64,000 bases of DNA from Glycera tridactyla (GCA_965644265.1 OZ286461.1:95666001-95730000); one strand, 5' to 3'. Positions 13,201-28,200 are shown, counted from the stretch's first letter. Translations and numbers: made by a program. Notes: generated by a model not told the origin, from the sequence alone.

Positions 13201-16200
13201 CATATTTCTGGTTTTATTCTGTCTCCCTCACAACTAACACAGGGAATATGCCTGAAGAAATTAGCAACCTACCACATAGAACGTCTCATCATCTGTCTGC
13301 AGACTGGTCTTCACACGGATCTCACCATTATCCTCAGAGATGCTGAAGTACGTAGGTGCAGATTCGTCACCAATTATGGCGTACCTGATTGTGTTGAATG
13401 GAGCCTGGAATGTCAAAGTCATCAATGTAGGAACAATAACTGCATATTCATCAATATCACTGTCACAGTCTTCAACAGTTTCTACAATCATATAACCACT
13501 ACTGATGATGATGTCATTATTGAAGATCAAGACATGCAACAGTAATTTGACAATTAAGTTCAGATACCAGGACCAGAATATCTTGCTTTACAAGCAAAAT
13601 GAACACTAGCGATGGTCACAGGAGATTCCATTCAATTTACAGAGAGTATCAACAATTCAAGATAGGAAAAATCAAAAATAGGATTGTTTTCAATTTGAGA
13701 AAATTCTTACTCGCCGAATCGCAGACCTGTTGAAGAACACAGGTCTAAACTGTCCTACTTAGCATTATCGACTTGTGAAACATTCTGCAGAGCCTGAAGT
13801 TATGCTGCCTCAAAACAGTGTAAATATTGGCAGTTCCTATCGTCATGCCATAATCTCCAACAATGGGATCACATGATCAAGCACCATTGCATCCGCCATC
13901 TATCCCGAAAACAAGGCCAGATGGTTTCTGAAAGTTCCTCACTCTTCTATCACATTATGAGTAACCCTACCAATCTTCCTACTAAGAAACAAATCTTCAC
14001 CAGGCAGGGCACATTTGGAACACTATTTTTGTTTGATATTATCACCAGAATCAGAGCTTGCGTGATGCTCACCTTATTATCCCGATCTGAAGCTTGGACA
14101 TTGCGAACACGATTGTTGATGTTTAGATCGCCGTTGATATTCGCTGTGTACTGGCCATCATCTGAGAAGGTTGGTGCATATTGATTCCGATCGACTGTTA
14201 CACGGATGGTCACATTACGATTTGCATAGCAAGGTGTGGGGACACCCAGATCAAATGCTGTCACCTTGATCTGAAAACACAAAGTTGAATAAATTTTACC
14301 ATTCAGACATTGAGTGGAAGTTATCACATACATTCAAGTTCATGTGGTCACAGCCATATTCACCTTTGTGGTGATAGAATCAAACTTCAAGTTACTTACT
14401 TCAGCTCCATAAAAAACATCTCCTTCAATCTTGAAGGATCAGTCAGTAATTACTACGGAATAATATCACCAGAAAGGTATAACCTTTCAAATTTCAAACC
14501 TCCACCCTCAGCAAGTATATGGCTCTAGCAGACATTAATTGGTGGCAGTAAGTAGTTGATACACTTGGCATCATGCAGAATTTGTAATTACCTCATAGAG
14601 AGTTGCCTGTGTTGGCTCCAGTTGTACTGGCTTACGTTGGAATATAGCGCCACTCATCTCATTGATGTAGAAGTATTCTTCAGACAATGGTGTCCCAACA
14701 ATCTGGTATCGAACAACATTGAATGGGGCCTGAAAACAGATAAACAAATTGTGAATAATATATTTACTTATGGTTGTTGTGAGTTTCAGATAAGAGTGAC
14801 TTGCGTAGCTGAAAGTCTTGGTTACTCTGATGTTATGGGAATTCACTACTAGAAGTATGGAGTAAGAGCAGACCCTCACAGCTGACAGCCACAAAATACC
14901 ACAAATAATTAAACACCATTCAAGAGTGACCACTGTATTTATCAAGCTATTACGAAGGTTTCATCAGTAACTGCTGATCAAGTACCTGTGAGCATATTAT
15001 CCAGAATAATGAATAGCCTGTTTCTGTGCAGTTCTCCTGCATGTCCCGAGGTGGGCAAATTGCTCCTAGATGCTTGGGAGTGCCTGGCAGAAATCAGACT
15101 ACCACAGAAGTGACTTTCATTTTGCCTCCCCCATTCTCAAATAGGATAGCCGTATATTCATATGATACCCTGAACCCAACAGTCATGATCTGAACAATGG
15201 TACATCTCGGCTAGAAATTAGCATATCCTCACCTGTACATCACCATCTTCAGCCTTGACGAATGCCACCTGGCTCGCGATGTTGAATGTTTCCATGATCG
15301 TGACTGAGGAATCACCATTGACCCAACTGGGGCACCTTAGGTTACGGTTTACATCCACATTAACAGTTGTAACATTCTGTTTCGGGGGCACACCATTATC
15401 ATAAGCACGGACACGTACCTAAATCAAAAATGCAGTCATGGTTGATGAAGATGTTGAGTGATAATTTCACTTTTCACATTTTATAGATCTGAGTACTGTC
15501 ATACTCTTCCTGGACTATGGGCAACCTGTTTGTTGACATCGCTTTTTTGACCATTCATTTTGATCTAAATTGGACAGTTCTTCATGAAGATTTCAGTCAA
15601 TCACGTGAGCCTTGTTTCAGTCTAGAATATGCTGCTGTCTCATGAGTATGTTACTGGTTCAAATACTGATATCTGGAATTATCACTGACATCTTTGAAGT
15701 GAACATTCAGTTTGATGAATTGATATGAAAGAGATGTCTTTCTTTTACAATTATTTCTTTGAAATGAAGGACAATCAAACATTCATGTGATAAATCAAAA
15801 CTTTGGATTCTTAACATGTTCATCATGAAATTGAAAATAGAACATCATGATGCTCCGATCTGAGAAAAAAAACATATGGACACTTGAGAGAATCATGTTG
15901 AAACTGGATCAATACCACTGAATCATTCTTGTTGTCAAATACCTACTGGCGTCACACCCAGGTAAACTTATAAAAGATCTGCAGGATATGTGGCCAGGGA
16001 ATAGAACGTTGATCAATATATGTCACGAATAGACTAATTGAAAACAACTGGGGGGTATCACTGTGATGACTGTTTGAGCCTTTGTATTGTTTTACATAGC
16101 CAGTTCAGAAACTCACCAGGTATTCTGTGAGGGTGTCAGTTGTGAGATCAGCACCAACTGTCAGGAGACCAGACTGGGGATTGATACGGAAATACGTAGC

Positions 16201-19200
16201 TCCGGCACCATCTCCAATAATCTCAAAAGCCACAGAGTTATATGTATCCTGCAAGCAGATAAATTATCACTATGATTCGTCATACTGTTGTTGATATCCC
16301 AGTAGTATGAGGAGGGATACTAATAAACAAATGTGATAGTGAAAGGGCATGTGCACACACATGCAAAACCACACACACATGCACACGACTGATCAGAGGG
16401 GAGAACGAAAGCAACAGAGAGGATGAAGGTATTTTGGGGCTGAATCATGGAAGGGAACATAATAGACAAGAAGACAGTCAGAAAGATGGTTGGATCCAGG
16501 GGACAGACAGACAGACTGACACACGAACNNNNNNNNNNNNNNNNNNNNNNNNNNNNNNNNNNNNNNNNNNNNNNNNNNNNNNNNNNNNNNNNNNNNNNNN
16601 NNNNNNNNNNNNNNNNNNNNNNNNNNNNNNNNNNNNNNNNNNNNNNNNNNNNNNNNNACAGACAAGCGAAAAGACATTATCAAATATATTACCTCAGGGT
16701 CAGCATCTGTGGCAGATAGGGAGGCAACTCGATTACCAAAGCCGAGATCCTGCCTGATGGTCGCTGTATAAGAGGCCTCGCTGAAGATTGGGTAGTGGTT
16801 ATTACGAATCACATTCACTGTGATTGTTGCTTGCTGCTCACTGTACAATGCAGGGAAGCCACCATCACGAGCTCGAACCAACAACTGCAAACAACAGTAA
16901 AAATATTGACATAAATGAAAATCAAGATGATCAATATTGATCCAAAGTCAATGGGATAGATTAAAATTCATCCACATATTCATATTCTTCTGAATTTCAA
17001 AAAAGAAACTCGTGAGAAAATATATGCTTTATAATTTCAATGCAGTAAGTGGATCGTGGGTGAGCAACTTCAAATTGAATCCCAGAAGTTTTCTTTATAA
17101 GATTATTCAATGAGCTCATTGGGTATCGAAAAAAGTCATCCAGCATGAATGTTACATGTATCATATGCTCATCTGGGTCTGATTTTAGGATCTGGCACCC
17201 TTAGTCATCAAGAGGAGTGTTTAGATATTCTAAGAGTTCTAATCCTTGTGAGAAGTAATCATATCAAATATCAAAAAGTAAAAGCTTATAAAGGCTGAAG
17301 AGTCTGGCACAGCTAATCTTAGTATCAACGGAAACAAGATCATAGAAAAGAGGCCAGATTCTAATATTGCACCATTTTTGCACTTGTTTGTGGTAAAATA
17401 ATCTCATATGATGGCTAAGTTGTAAGTGTGTGGTGAAATCTGCCCTACCGTGTAGACCTCTGATTTCAATGGATCTTGTAACAGAGATGCCTTCAACTTG
17501 ATCTCTCCATTAGTAGCTCCGATCAAGAAGAAGTTCGCTGCTTGTGCGTCACCAGCCAGCTCATAGGATACTCTATTGTATGGCACCTGCAGAATGAAGA
17601 TACATAAAATACAGACAAATCTGTTTAAGAGATCACATCTATCAACAGGTCAGCTGCCCATAAAGGCCATCCTGAGATGCAACTGGAATAGTATTTTTAT
17701 GTCAAACAGCCTCTCTCTCACCTGTCGTACCGGCTACATTTTGATGCATGTGGTCTTTGTAGAAAGATTTGATTCTGCATCACATCTGACAAAGAATCAC
17801 TATGATGATATATAGCACAAGTACATACTGACTTCTTCAACATATCTCTCACAAATATCACAGTTTTATCTTTCGAAAATCCCATCCTATAGATTTTGAG
17901 GGAGTGCATAAGAAGATATATCTTCGGTAGTTTTTGATGATCATTGATATGCCTCACAGGAAGAGGATATTTCAGGGAAAATTGTACAAGGGACTGGGAT
18001 TCTACTTTGAAATACATGTGCATTGTTGGCTATTTACAAATATAAACATTTTGACTTTCATGATCCATGTCACACTCATACTCAAACTACTTTGCCACCA
18101 TATACTGCTCTGTTTTAGGCTTATCAACTATGGAGTATTTGTACCAAGAAAGCTAGCCTTATGGCAAAGAAGTTCTCAAATCAAGTGATAATTGACTCAT
18201 CTACACTGCAATAGATACAAAGGGGCAGTTTGACATGATGTTTGTGGACAGGAAAAAAAGGAAGTAATGGCCTTACCCTCAAATCAGCATCTGTGGCCTC
18301 CACACGATACAACACTCTGGAAAAGCTCTCCGTCTCTTTAATTTCAATCTCTGCCTGTGACTGGGTGAAGACTGGCCTATTGAGGTTACGGTTCACAGTC
18401 ACGGTGATGATAGTTGTGACCTGACATGGTGGAGAATCCCCGTCACTCGCCTGCACACGAATCTGTGAAATATAATGATAATGGCAATCACTGGACACTG
18501 TGAAACAGGTTTATCTAGGAGTGGTCAAATTATCAGGCATAAATAACTGATCAGAAGAATTCTGTGAGTTTCTGCATGTAGGCAAGTGTGTGTATGTGTG
18601 TGTGCTTGTGTGCATAGGTCCATGCCAGCAGAGGGTGAAATATATTGCCAGTGCTAGCCTCATAGCTGCTCACGGAGCTTCCTCTTTTTCTTAAGGGTAA
18701 GGAGTGTTGACAATGTGTTGCTAGCAGTGTGCTCCTCACACACAGGTTGTGGGGTTGACCCCTAAACATGGCATTGGGAATTTGACATACATGTATTTCA
18801 TGGACCTGTTGCCCATGCATCATGACAGTGACATGAAAGTATTTTCCTTAAGTTAAATATATAACCAAATGAATGTTTGTATGTGTGAGTCTGTGTCTGT
18901 ATGAAAACATGGATGTATGAGTGTGTATGAGTCTGCATATATGTATGGAGGTATGCATGCACGATAACTGTTGAGTGGGTAAATATGCGCAGATCCATGT
19001 CCACGAATATGTGTAACTTGAAGATTCAACATACCTTATACACTTCCGTGCTGTCATCATTCAGTGAGCGTTTAATTCGCACATTACCATCCTCGGCATT
19101 GATCTCAAAGTATGTTGGAGCATTGTCATCCCCAATGATGGCGTAACTCACTTGATTGTAAGGCGGCTAAAAAACAAACTCAGTTTTTATCATGACTGAA

Positions 19201-22200
19201 ATATGGATGAATCAGGCGGAATCAATCAGGTTATTATATTACAGGGAGTAGACATCCATAGCAAATAGGTGACAAAGTCTATTGAGGAGGCGACCAGCAG
19301 CTTGTTCAGTTACGCAAACAGGAGCTAACGTTCATTGGATTCTTGCTGTATTTCCGTCACATTCGCAAACAGAACTGATGAAAAACGTATCTTGTATTTT
19401 GTATGTTGAACACCACCTGACCGATTCTAAACAGCATTGACATGTTTGTTAGGCGTGCATGATAGAGTCACAGGACACTCAAGCGAATGTTTGCCATTGA
19501 ACGATGTCCAGTTAGTAAGCGAACGTTAGCAGGTAAAAATGGCGAATGTTAGCTTCTGTTTGTGTAACTGAACACCCTGCAGGTGAAATTCAACCTACAG
19601 ATTCACTGCTCACAAATGAGGCATTGCGAAGTGAAGTTGGGTGCTCTCAAATGTAGTACAACTCTGTCTACCCTGTTAATGATGGGGTACCGGTATATAA
19701 GCTATGATCACAATTGTATAGTGATAATTCCAAGAAATCAACTCTATGGTCTGGAAATGTTGAGAAATGCTTGATCTTAGAAAGAGGTTTACCAGAGATG
19801 AACTGCAAACTACAAAAGTCTTTGGATATAATGGTACGGGGATACATGAAAGACAGTGAAATTGTCACCAGAATATAGTGGATGAAACTGTGTTTCACGA
19901 TACACCATTGAAATGTACAAATTACATTTTGAGAAATCATCCGATTTCTTGTGGATTTGAACCTGGGACCTCCAGCATGGCACCAACCGCCTAGCCTGTG
20001 GAGGAGCTCGCTGACTTACACGCTGAGCTTTGGGGACTACCTCAAAAAAGTGGCCTCACAGCACAGCCAAGTGCATGCTACACTCCCAACACAGACACCC
20101 AGAGAACCCAGTTGGAGATGTAAGATGATCAGATGAAACTGTGTTTCACGATACACCATTGAAATGTACAAATTACATTTTGAGAAATCATCCGATTTCT
20201 TGTGGATTTGAACCTGGGACCTGCAGAATATAGTATTTCATAGACTAGATGAATATGTGAGAATCGCTGGATGTTTTTTTCAAGGCCATCAAGTGTTTCT
20301 AGGTAGTCTGTTCAACATGATCAGGAATTCCATTTCTATTATGGATGCTTAGTGGACATGAGTTGCAACTGCAACTGATATCAGTTTCAGTGGGCTCCTG
20401 GTGATGTCAACAAATAAACAATTGATTTGAACAAATGTTTGCAACTCTGAATAGACTTCTGAGAAGATGGGACAGTTCATTGGACTCACCTTTTGGTCAC
20501 TATCTCTGGCCTGCACCTGCTTCACAATGAAGCCAGCTTCTTCATCTCGATTGACAGTCGCTGTGTATGGTGTGCCCTCAAACCGAGGACATTGAAGGTT
20601 CCTGGCGACGTTGATTGTGACCCGTGCATTCTGGTTGCTGTTTAAAGCCGGGTCACCACCATCACGAGCTTGAATGGTCAACTACAAACATAATCCATGC
20701 CAGAGATGTTCTCACTATTATATCAGCAGCATCCTGGCACCTGAATCGCAATTCCAGTTTCTGAAATATTCTGAATGAGACCAATACCAGAGGCATGAGT
20801 ACCCTGTTCAAACTCAAACTTGAAATGCAACACTTTCTGTTGTAAGCATCACAGATCAGGTTTCTACATTGACTTTTCTCTTCTGCTGTCCTTCAGGCAG
20901 GTGAAGTGTGATTTTTACCTGCCCTCCCTGCCATTTTCACCTGCCCTCCTCCATATAATCATAGCCCAAGTTATGGTTGGCTACCTGCCCATTGGGCAGG
21001 CAGACTGATAGAATCACCTGCCCTTACAACAAATCTGCCGGCCTGTGCCAGTAGGGCAACCCTTAGTGTAGAGGCCTGCAGATCAGCTTTACAGAGGTGT
21101 TGAGGTCTACATCATATTTTTAAGATATCATCACTGTTTGGCTCAACAGGGATTCAATACTTTTGGTTGATACTGGACATTTTCAAGGAAAATTTCATGA
21201 TAACAGCCAATGAAGCAAACCCATCAAATGAAACTCTACAGAATCCTGCAGTTCTTGTCAAGGAATAGTCTTTTGCACTTTTAACTGCTTGCATGGGAAT
21301 GATCAGAAACAATATTGTGCAGGGTATAAAGGAGGAGATACTTTGTTTCAATCTGATTAACACTGAAATTTTAGTGAATTTTCTGTGAACATCATCACAA
21401 GGTAGAAGCTGACTGATAACCAATGAAATCTGGTCAAATAAAGGTTTGACTCCAAAAGAAGTTCCCTCATTCATGAAGACGCTATGAAAGGTCCAATCTT
21501 TGTGAAAGATTCAAAATCCCCTCCTCAATCAGGCCCAAGAATGACAAACCATGTGAAGGAACATGGAACCAGAGACATATCAATTATGTAAGCTTTGGGT
21601 GAATGTGCCTATCAGCCCTTCAGGGTCAAATGACTTCTATCCATCTGATTGCCAAATTCTATCAAGAAAGAATCTAGTAGAATTACTGTTGATGCAAGGG
21701 CAAACTTGTTTTAACCATATGCTAGCGATCATGATTTTAGCTGAGATTGACACAAAAAGTATGCAACATTCAGATATTAAAATGATGGCTCTCTTTCAAT
21801 TCAGCGGCAAATGCCTTGATGGAAAATCGCAAGAGGAATGGGCTTAGCCCGAGGATAGCTGCACTGGTATCAAATCCCAAGCTGGGTTCCCACTACTCTG
21901 CAGTATATCGCAGCAACAATGGCTAAAAGCACATATTTATCCCAAGCAACAACAGAAAGCTTTCCGCATATTAGTTTGTTTTCTCAAAAGATATCCTAAT
22001 CCTTATTAAATTTTCTTATACATCCAAACAATTTCATGCAAAATTTAGCATTTTGAATTATGTGACAGAAACTTGATCATTCAAATCATAGCGACCTACA
22101 AAGTTTTGATTGTCTTTGATGTAATCCAGTAGTAAATTGCTGCATCCTCTATGTAGATTGCAGCACACTGAATTCCCCTCCATATATGATAAAATATTCA

Positions 22201-25200
22201 TCTCTCTCTTTGTTCGTGATAAGCTTGTACCTGATTACATGATGTGTTCGATGCAAACAGCCAGGTGTATTGGTTGTGTCAAAATATGGATTTTCTGGAG
22301 GAAAAGTAAGACGTTTTGGGGATGGTTGATACCTGAATTTAGGTAACATCTGTGTAATTTTCACTGATATCTAATGATGTGATGCATTGTTATTCTTCCT
22401 AACCACTTAATGCGCTCACACCTAATGAAGTATTTTGAGGTAATTACTTCAACTTTCAGCTCGTATAATCAGACACAAATCCAAAATGGACATATTTAAC
22501 TATATTTTATCAATGGTAACTCCCACTAAGATAAACATAATCTTACGCAAACAAGGCAACTTCCCTCTAGTACTCATAAAGATATGATAATATAACTATT
22601 AACGATCTACGTATAAACACAAGTTGAGCTGGTAATTTCAAAGCAAACAAAATCATCCAAAAAACAATAAATGAAGACAAACATCGAAATGCACAAGGGA
22701 AGTATGCGATCTATAGGCAGAAGAGAATGCTGACCACATCGGCCACAGAAAAAGCATGAACTGAGATGTAAAATTCAGCACTGATGCAGGGGCATTTGAG
22801 GACTGATTCAATTCAACAACATTTAGTAGAAGATTGATTGATTGAGTTATGTTCAATGTCTCTTCAACCCAAGCTGGATCATATGAGACTTAGTGGAAGG
22901 ATCTGCAAGGTGGGAGCAAAGGATAAATGATATTCAGCATCTTGAAGGAAGGAATAAATGAAAACTACAATTGGAAATATACTTAAACATCCCAATGCAT
23001 ATGTTTCAATGAATTCTGTAACATTGTTATCACAGATACTTACTAAGAAACCCTCTCACAAAAAAAAAATCTCTAATTCGATGCATGGGCATTGGAGGAA
23101 TCTCTAATACCACCATTGTCATGTTTAAAAAAAGATAACATGAGTGTGTTATACATATGGTCATTTCTGAATGTAATTCTGAATTTTATTCATGTGATAT
23201 TCCTTAATATGTGTCATACATATTTACTACATTGAATTGGATAAGAAACTTCAGTTTTAGAGGAATTTTCGCTGATTCATAAATCTTGACACAGTCACTA
23301 ATTATCCTGGGCCATATACCAAGCAACTTGACTTAGATTTCTGGGCGAAATGAATGATCACAAAATTAGTAGTACAATATTTCCCTTATATATATCCAGA
23401 AGTGGTAGCACCCATTCTCAGTGATAGTTGTGTCATTATGATTAGAAAACACCAAAATTTTATATATCTTATTTAGAACTGAGATATTGCCTGAAGTTCT
23501 CTATCTATTTGCTTCATGGCCATTCTGCACACATATCAGTTGAGATATTCTGCGGTGCGATGATATTTTTCCCACAAGACCAAGCCAATGAGAAGTATGG
23601 ACTTTGGGGCAGTGTCATGAAAACCTTCATCAAAACGAGCACACAGCTGAAGAAGAAAAACTTGTATACAATATAAGAAAAACATAATATTCTGGATCCT
23701 TCAACATTTCTACCGATGGTGTTCTCAGCTGCAAGGGTCACATTTAATGGTGATCTACTTACCACATGATTTACCTAAGAAAGAAATTAGACCAAATTAC
23801 TGAACACTATGGGGAGAAGGTGAGAGTGATTATTGTTGTTGAGCTGAAATGATGTTGTGCTCAAATTGATGTATATGAGCAATTACATGAAATGGCCAAA
23901 TCTTCAATTCGGTGTTTCAAACTTGGTAAAAATATCTGACTATATTTTCCCATTATACTTAGGTACACTGAGTCAATACCCATATGACAAACGACCGCTG
24001 TATAACTAAACTTGACAGAATGAAACATAGTAGAAAAAATAATAAAACTACATATAGAGAAAACAAGTACAGTCATATTAAAGAGAAGAGAAGAATTTAA
24101 CTATGGCAAATTCAAAAATGCAGTAGACACAAGGCAGCTGTTCAAAGATTGTTAAAAACCAACCAAAATTCCATGAAAATGACTGAAATTAACTACAACA
24201 CCATACTGATTTTCATGAGCAAAAAATACAATATCAAAATCCTGATAGTATTTGTAGTGTTAGATCTGTGAAAAAAAGGAAATCCGGATTTCTTCGCATG
24301 ACATCAGCAAAGGTGAATGATCATGAGCCACTTTTGCTGGACACACTTTTCACTTAATTTGTGCGCATGATTAATATTTTTGTTTGCGGATCAATAGGAT
24401 AATTTCACTCTCATAACTTCTCAGGTCAATGCTTACTTACTTGCCACAAAGTTCAAATATTGAATGAGGTGGATGTGGATTTGAAGGTGGTCTTACTACC
24501 AACATCCATTCGTGAAATACTGCAATTTATGTAAGCACTGATGCACTTCCAAAATCTTAGTGGAATATGAACTTATGTCAATTGACGAATTGAAGTCAAT
24601 TCTCACAGAATGTTGGTGGTTTACAAGGACACCACTTACAGTTGAGAGCATGGGGTAGCCATGATCTCGCGCTTCTACTGTTAGCTGAAAATTGGGCATG
24701 ACACAACACATAGAAAAGCCGAGAAAAACATACATGGATACACATACTAAAGTAAATGTGTAACATTACACATACTACAGTTATATGTGTATACTGTGCT
24801 AATGACAAAAAATCTTACTGAGAAAGAGTATGGACTCATGTATACTATCAGTGAAGATTATGCATGAAGCCCAATGAGCTACAGTACTTGTATAAAATAA
24901 AACACATAGCATATTAAATATATAAATATCTTGGTAGCATAGAGAGAAGAAACTGACAAAATATCTGCATGTAGCAGAGTTCAGGATCCCAGCTGAGTAA
25001 TTCAGAATCATAGGCACCCAAAAGAAGATTAAAAACTCATAGATGGATAGGAAAGAAATATAATGGTCAATAAACACTCCTCGGGAATTGCCATGTATAA
25101 TATATTGACTATCTTATCATGGTTATTAAAAGTTGATATTCACCGGATGTCATGAGGAACTAATGAGTTCTTATGACCTCCGAAATGTCCAGTTTGAAAT

Positions 25201-28200
25201 GTTTGGTAATCAACATGAGCAATCAATCACCAGTTTGATGACATCATTTTTCTCTGAACTGCATGGTAACGTCATCCAGGTAGAACATTTTGAACCTCCC
25301 AATCAATTTTTGAGAAATCATTTGAGGAGCTCATCATTATCATTTTTTCTCAAGTTCTCATTTATATTAGGATACTAGAGAAAAATATGTCATCCAGAAG
25401 TATCATGGTTCAACAATCTTGATGACTTTCATTCTATCAGAAGAAGTTTGGTGTTTATGTTGAACACTCATTTAAGGATCTTGTACACTATCCTTGCGAA
25501 TGTTACTAGCCCAAATCCACCCACTTACACAGGGTTCGAATCTAGATCTCTAAGACGGTATCAATCAATCAGGCAGTGGATCATCCACTAAGCCATACCC
25601 CTAACTAGAGATGTCTTTTCTCCACAGGCGAAAAAGACCATACAGCTCTTCATATGAATTCATTATTTATCATCGAATGTATTGTCCCACCAGTGCAAAA
25701 AAGGTCTGTTTGGCTGTTTCAGTCAAAGGTCCTTTCAATCTTACTGGATTATATTGGACTGAAAAAGTGCAATGAGTTGATGATAGCTGGTTCCAATGCT
25801 GCAGCTTTCGACACCAAGTCTACATCTTCCACAGGTATATTTTTCAGGAAAAATCATGATGGTAACTCACCACATATCTAGTGTTGGTGTCTGTGGCGAG
25901 ATCCTTCCGGACAGAAACTTCACCAGTGTCTTCATCGACCATGAAGAATTGCTGTGCCAAACTGTCACCGATCAGATAATAGGTAACCTGTGGAATAAAA
26001 TATCACAAGTACATCAAGAATTGATGACATCAATTATTCAGCTGGCAGCTTGATCATCAAATTACAAGAGATGATTGACTTTGAGAAATAAATCAACACA
26101 ATGATCACGAATCGAAACCAAAATACATTTACTATCAAACCATCCTTTTGCAGCCACTGATGGTAATTATACAGGCAATACTTTGGCCAAGATCAGCTGT
26201 CTAACAATTGTTGGCAATGATAATCTGAGGTTCAGATGAAAGCCTTGTTGATAGACTATCCACAATCTGTGATCATACCCCAAGTTTGTCTTTGTCTATC
26301 AATGAGGTCAGCCTTATCCCACCATCTTCATTGATCAATTGTCAGAGATTTCCCATCAAGAATGTTGAGCTGGTGAATTCAAAACCATGCACAGGATTAT
26401 CAGAGTATTGACAATTTCAAGGTAGCTGAATGTAAATGAGTGATGGCATTTTTCAGTGACAAACTTTCCCTAAGCACCATGAATAAAGGTAAGGCATTTT
26501 CTTCATTCAAATCTTAGTTGACTCATTCATGAGAGTATGTAAATCTGATGGATAATAAAGTCACTCATTTTTAAGTGTTCAGAGATTGATACATATCTGC
26601 AAATGCAGTATGATTCACTGTGGAGAAACTGCAATGTAGCCTAGGTGCAGAAATAATGCTCACCAAGTTGAATGGCTCCTGCTCATCTGAATCTGTGGCT
26701 TCAACCTGGGCAATTGGTACACCCAGTTCTTGGCTGTATAAAATACTCTGCTCAATGTTGGTGTTGGAGAAGCGTGGCGCATTCAAGTTACGATTCACAG
26801 AAACAACGACGACTACAACATCACTCTTGGCTGGGGTTCCATTGTCATAGGCCATCACACGGATATGGTATTCAGTCTTTGTGTCTTGTGCCAGGCTGGA
26901 TTTCAGTGTGATATCTCCTGATATGCGATCAATGGCAAAATAGGTGGTCGCTGAATCATCACCTATAAGGGTGTACTCCACAACACCAAACTGATCCTGT
27001 ATGACAAGAGAGACAAAATAATTATATTTCAACTTATATATTACTGCTGAAGCGGGTATCACCAACCACTCTGGGAATGACAATAATGCAATGTTCATTG
27101 CTGATTTAATGAAGCTGAGACCTGCTTTTTCCATTCTGACACTGAAATTTTGTAGATCATATTTTGTGATGGTGCAATTGCCCTTTCTCCACCAACTAGA
27201 TGACTCAGTGAGTGTGAATGCCCCGCTGAGTGCATGCTTGTCACAGGAAGATTGAACAAAAGTAATCGGAAACCATTTTGACCTTTCTGCACTTAGTGAA
27301 CTTGGAATTCAATTGAAATCCAAAATCAATAGGTGTCTCACCCGACCCTAGGGGAGTCTGCACACCAAATTCGAGAAGGGTAGCCCTGAAACTTATCAAG
27401 TTATTGGTAGGAAACCGTTTTGACCTTTTTGCACTCAGTGACTTTGAAATTCAAGATGGCCGCCCCAATATCAATAGGTTTCTCATTAGACCCTAGGGAA
27501 GTCTGTACACCAAGTTTGAGAAGGCTCGCCCTGAAACTTTTTATGTTATTGGTTGGAAATCATTTTGACCTTTTTGCACTTGGTGACCTTGAAATTCAAA
27601 ATAGCCCCTCCAAACCATCATTCACCCACCCAGTCACACATCCAGCCACACACCCAGCCACATCGGGGTCAATTAGAAAACATAATGTTACACACCGCGG
27701 GGCATGAAAATCATTCTGAACCGATGCATAAAACATACTTATTTTCCTTATCTCATATTGGAAAAAGCATGATCGAGAACACCGATCAGAATCTTATGAT
27801 CAATATTGCAAACAAGGGTAGCAAATGAAATCACCGAGCAAAAGAGAGAACGTCAAACAATATAGTTGCTTTCTTATCTTCCAAGGCAATATCAGGAAAT
27901 GAAAAGCATGCCTGGGATGTTTGTTGGAATAGCCAACAAGATGAGCTCAATCAGAGAAAAGTAGTAGTCATGACTCTATCATAATATAGGGATACTAACT
28001 GAAGGATCTGCATCAGTTGCCCGGACCGAGGTGACACGTTGACCAGTGCCCTGGTTTTGGTTGATTGAGACAGTGTATTGCTCATTCTCAAATCTCGGCG
28101 CATTATCATTACGGATGACAGCAATATTGATCATGGCGTCATCGCTGCTCAGCGATGGTGTGCCGAGATCGTGAGCCTTGATGGTGAAGTGGTACGTCTC

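Noticed and set aside
19880-20223. Hammerhead ribozyme in the 251-bp unit
   Set aside because: No CTGANGA-stem II-GAAA arrangement on either strand; only mismatched cores were found.
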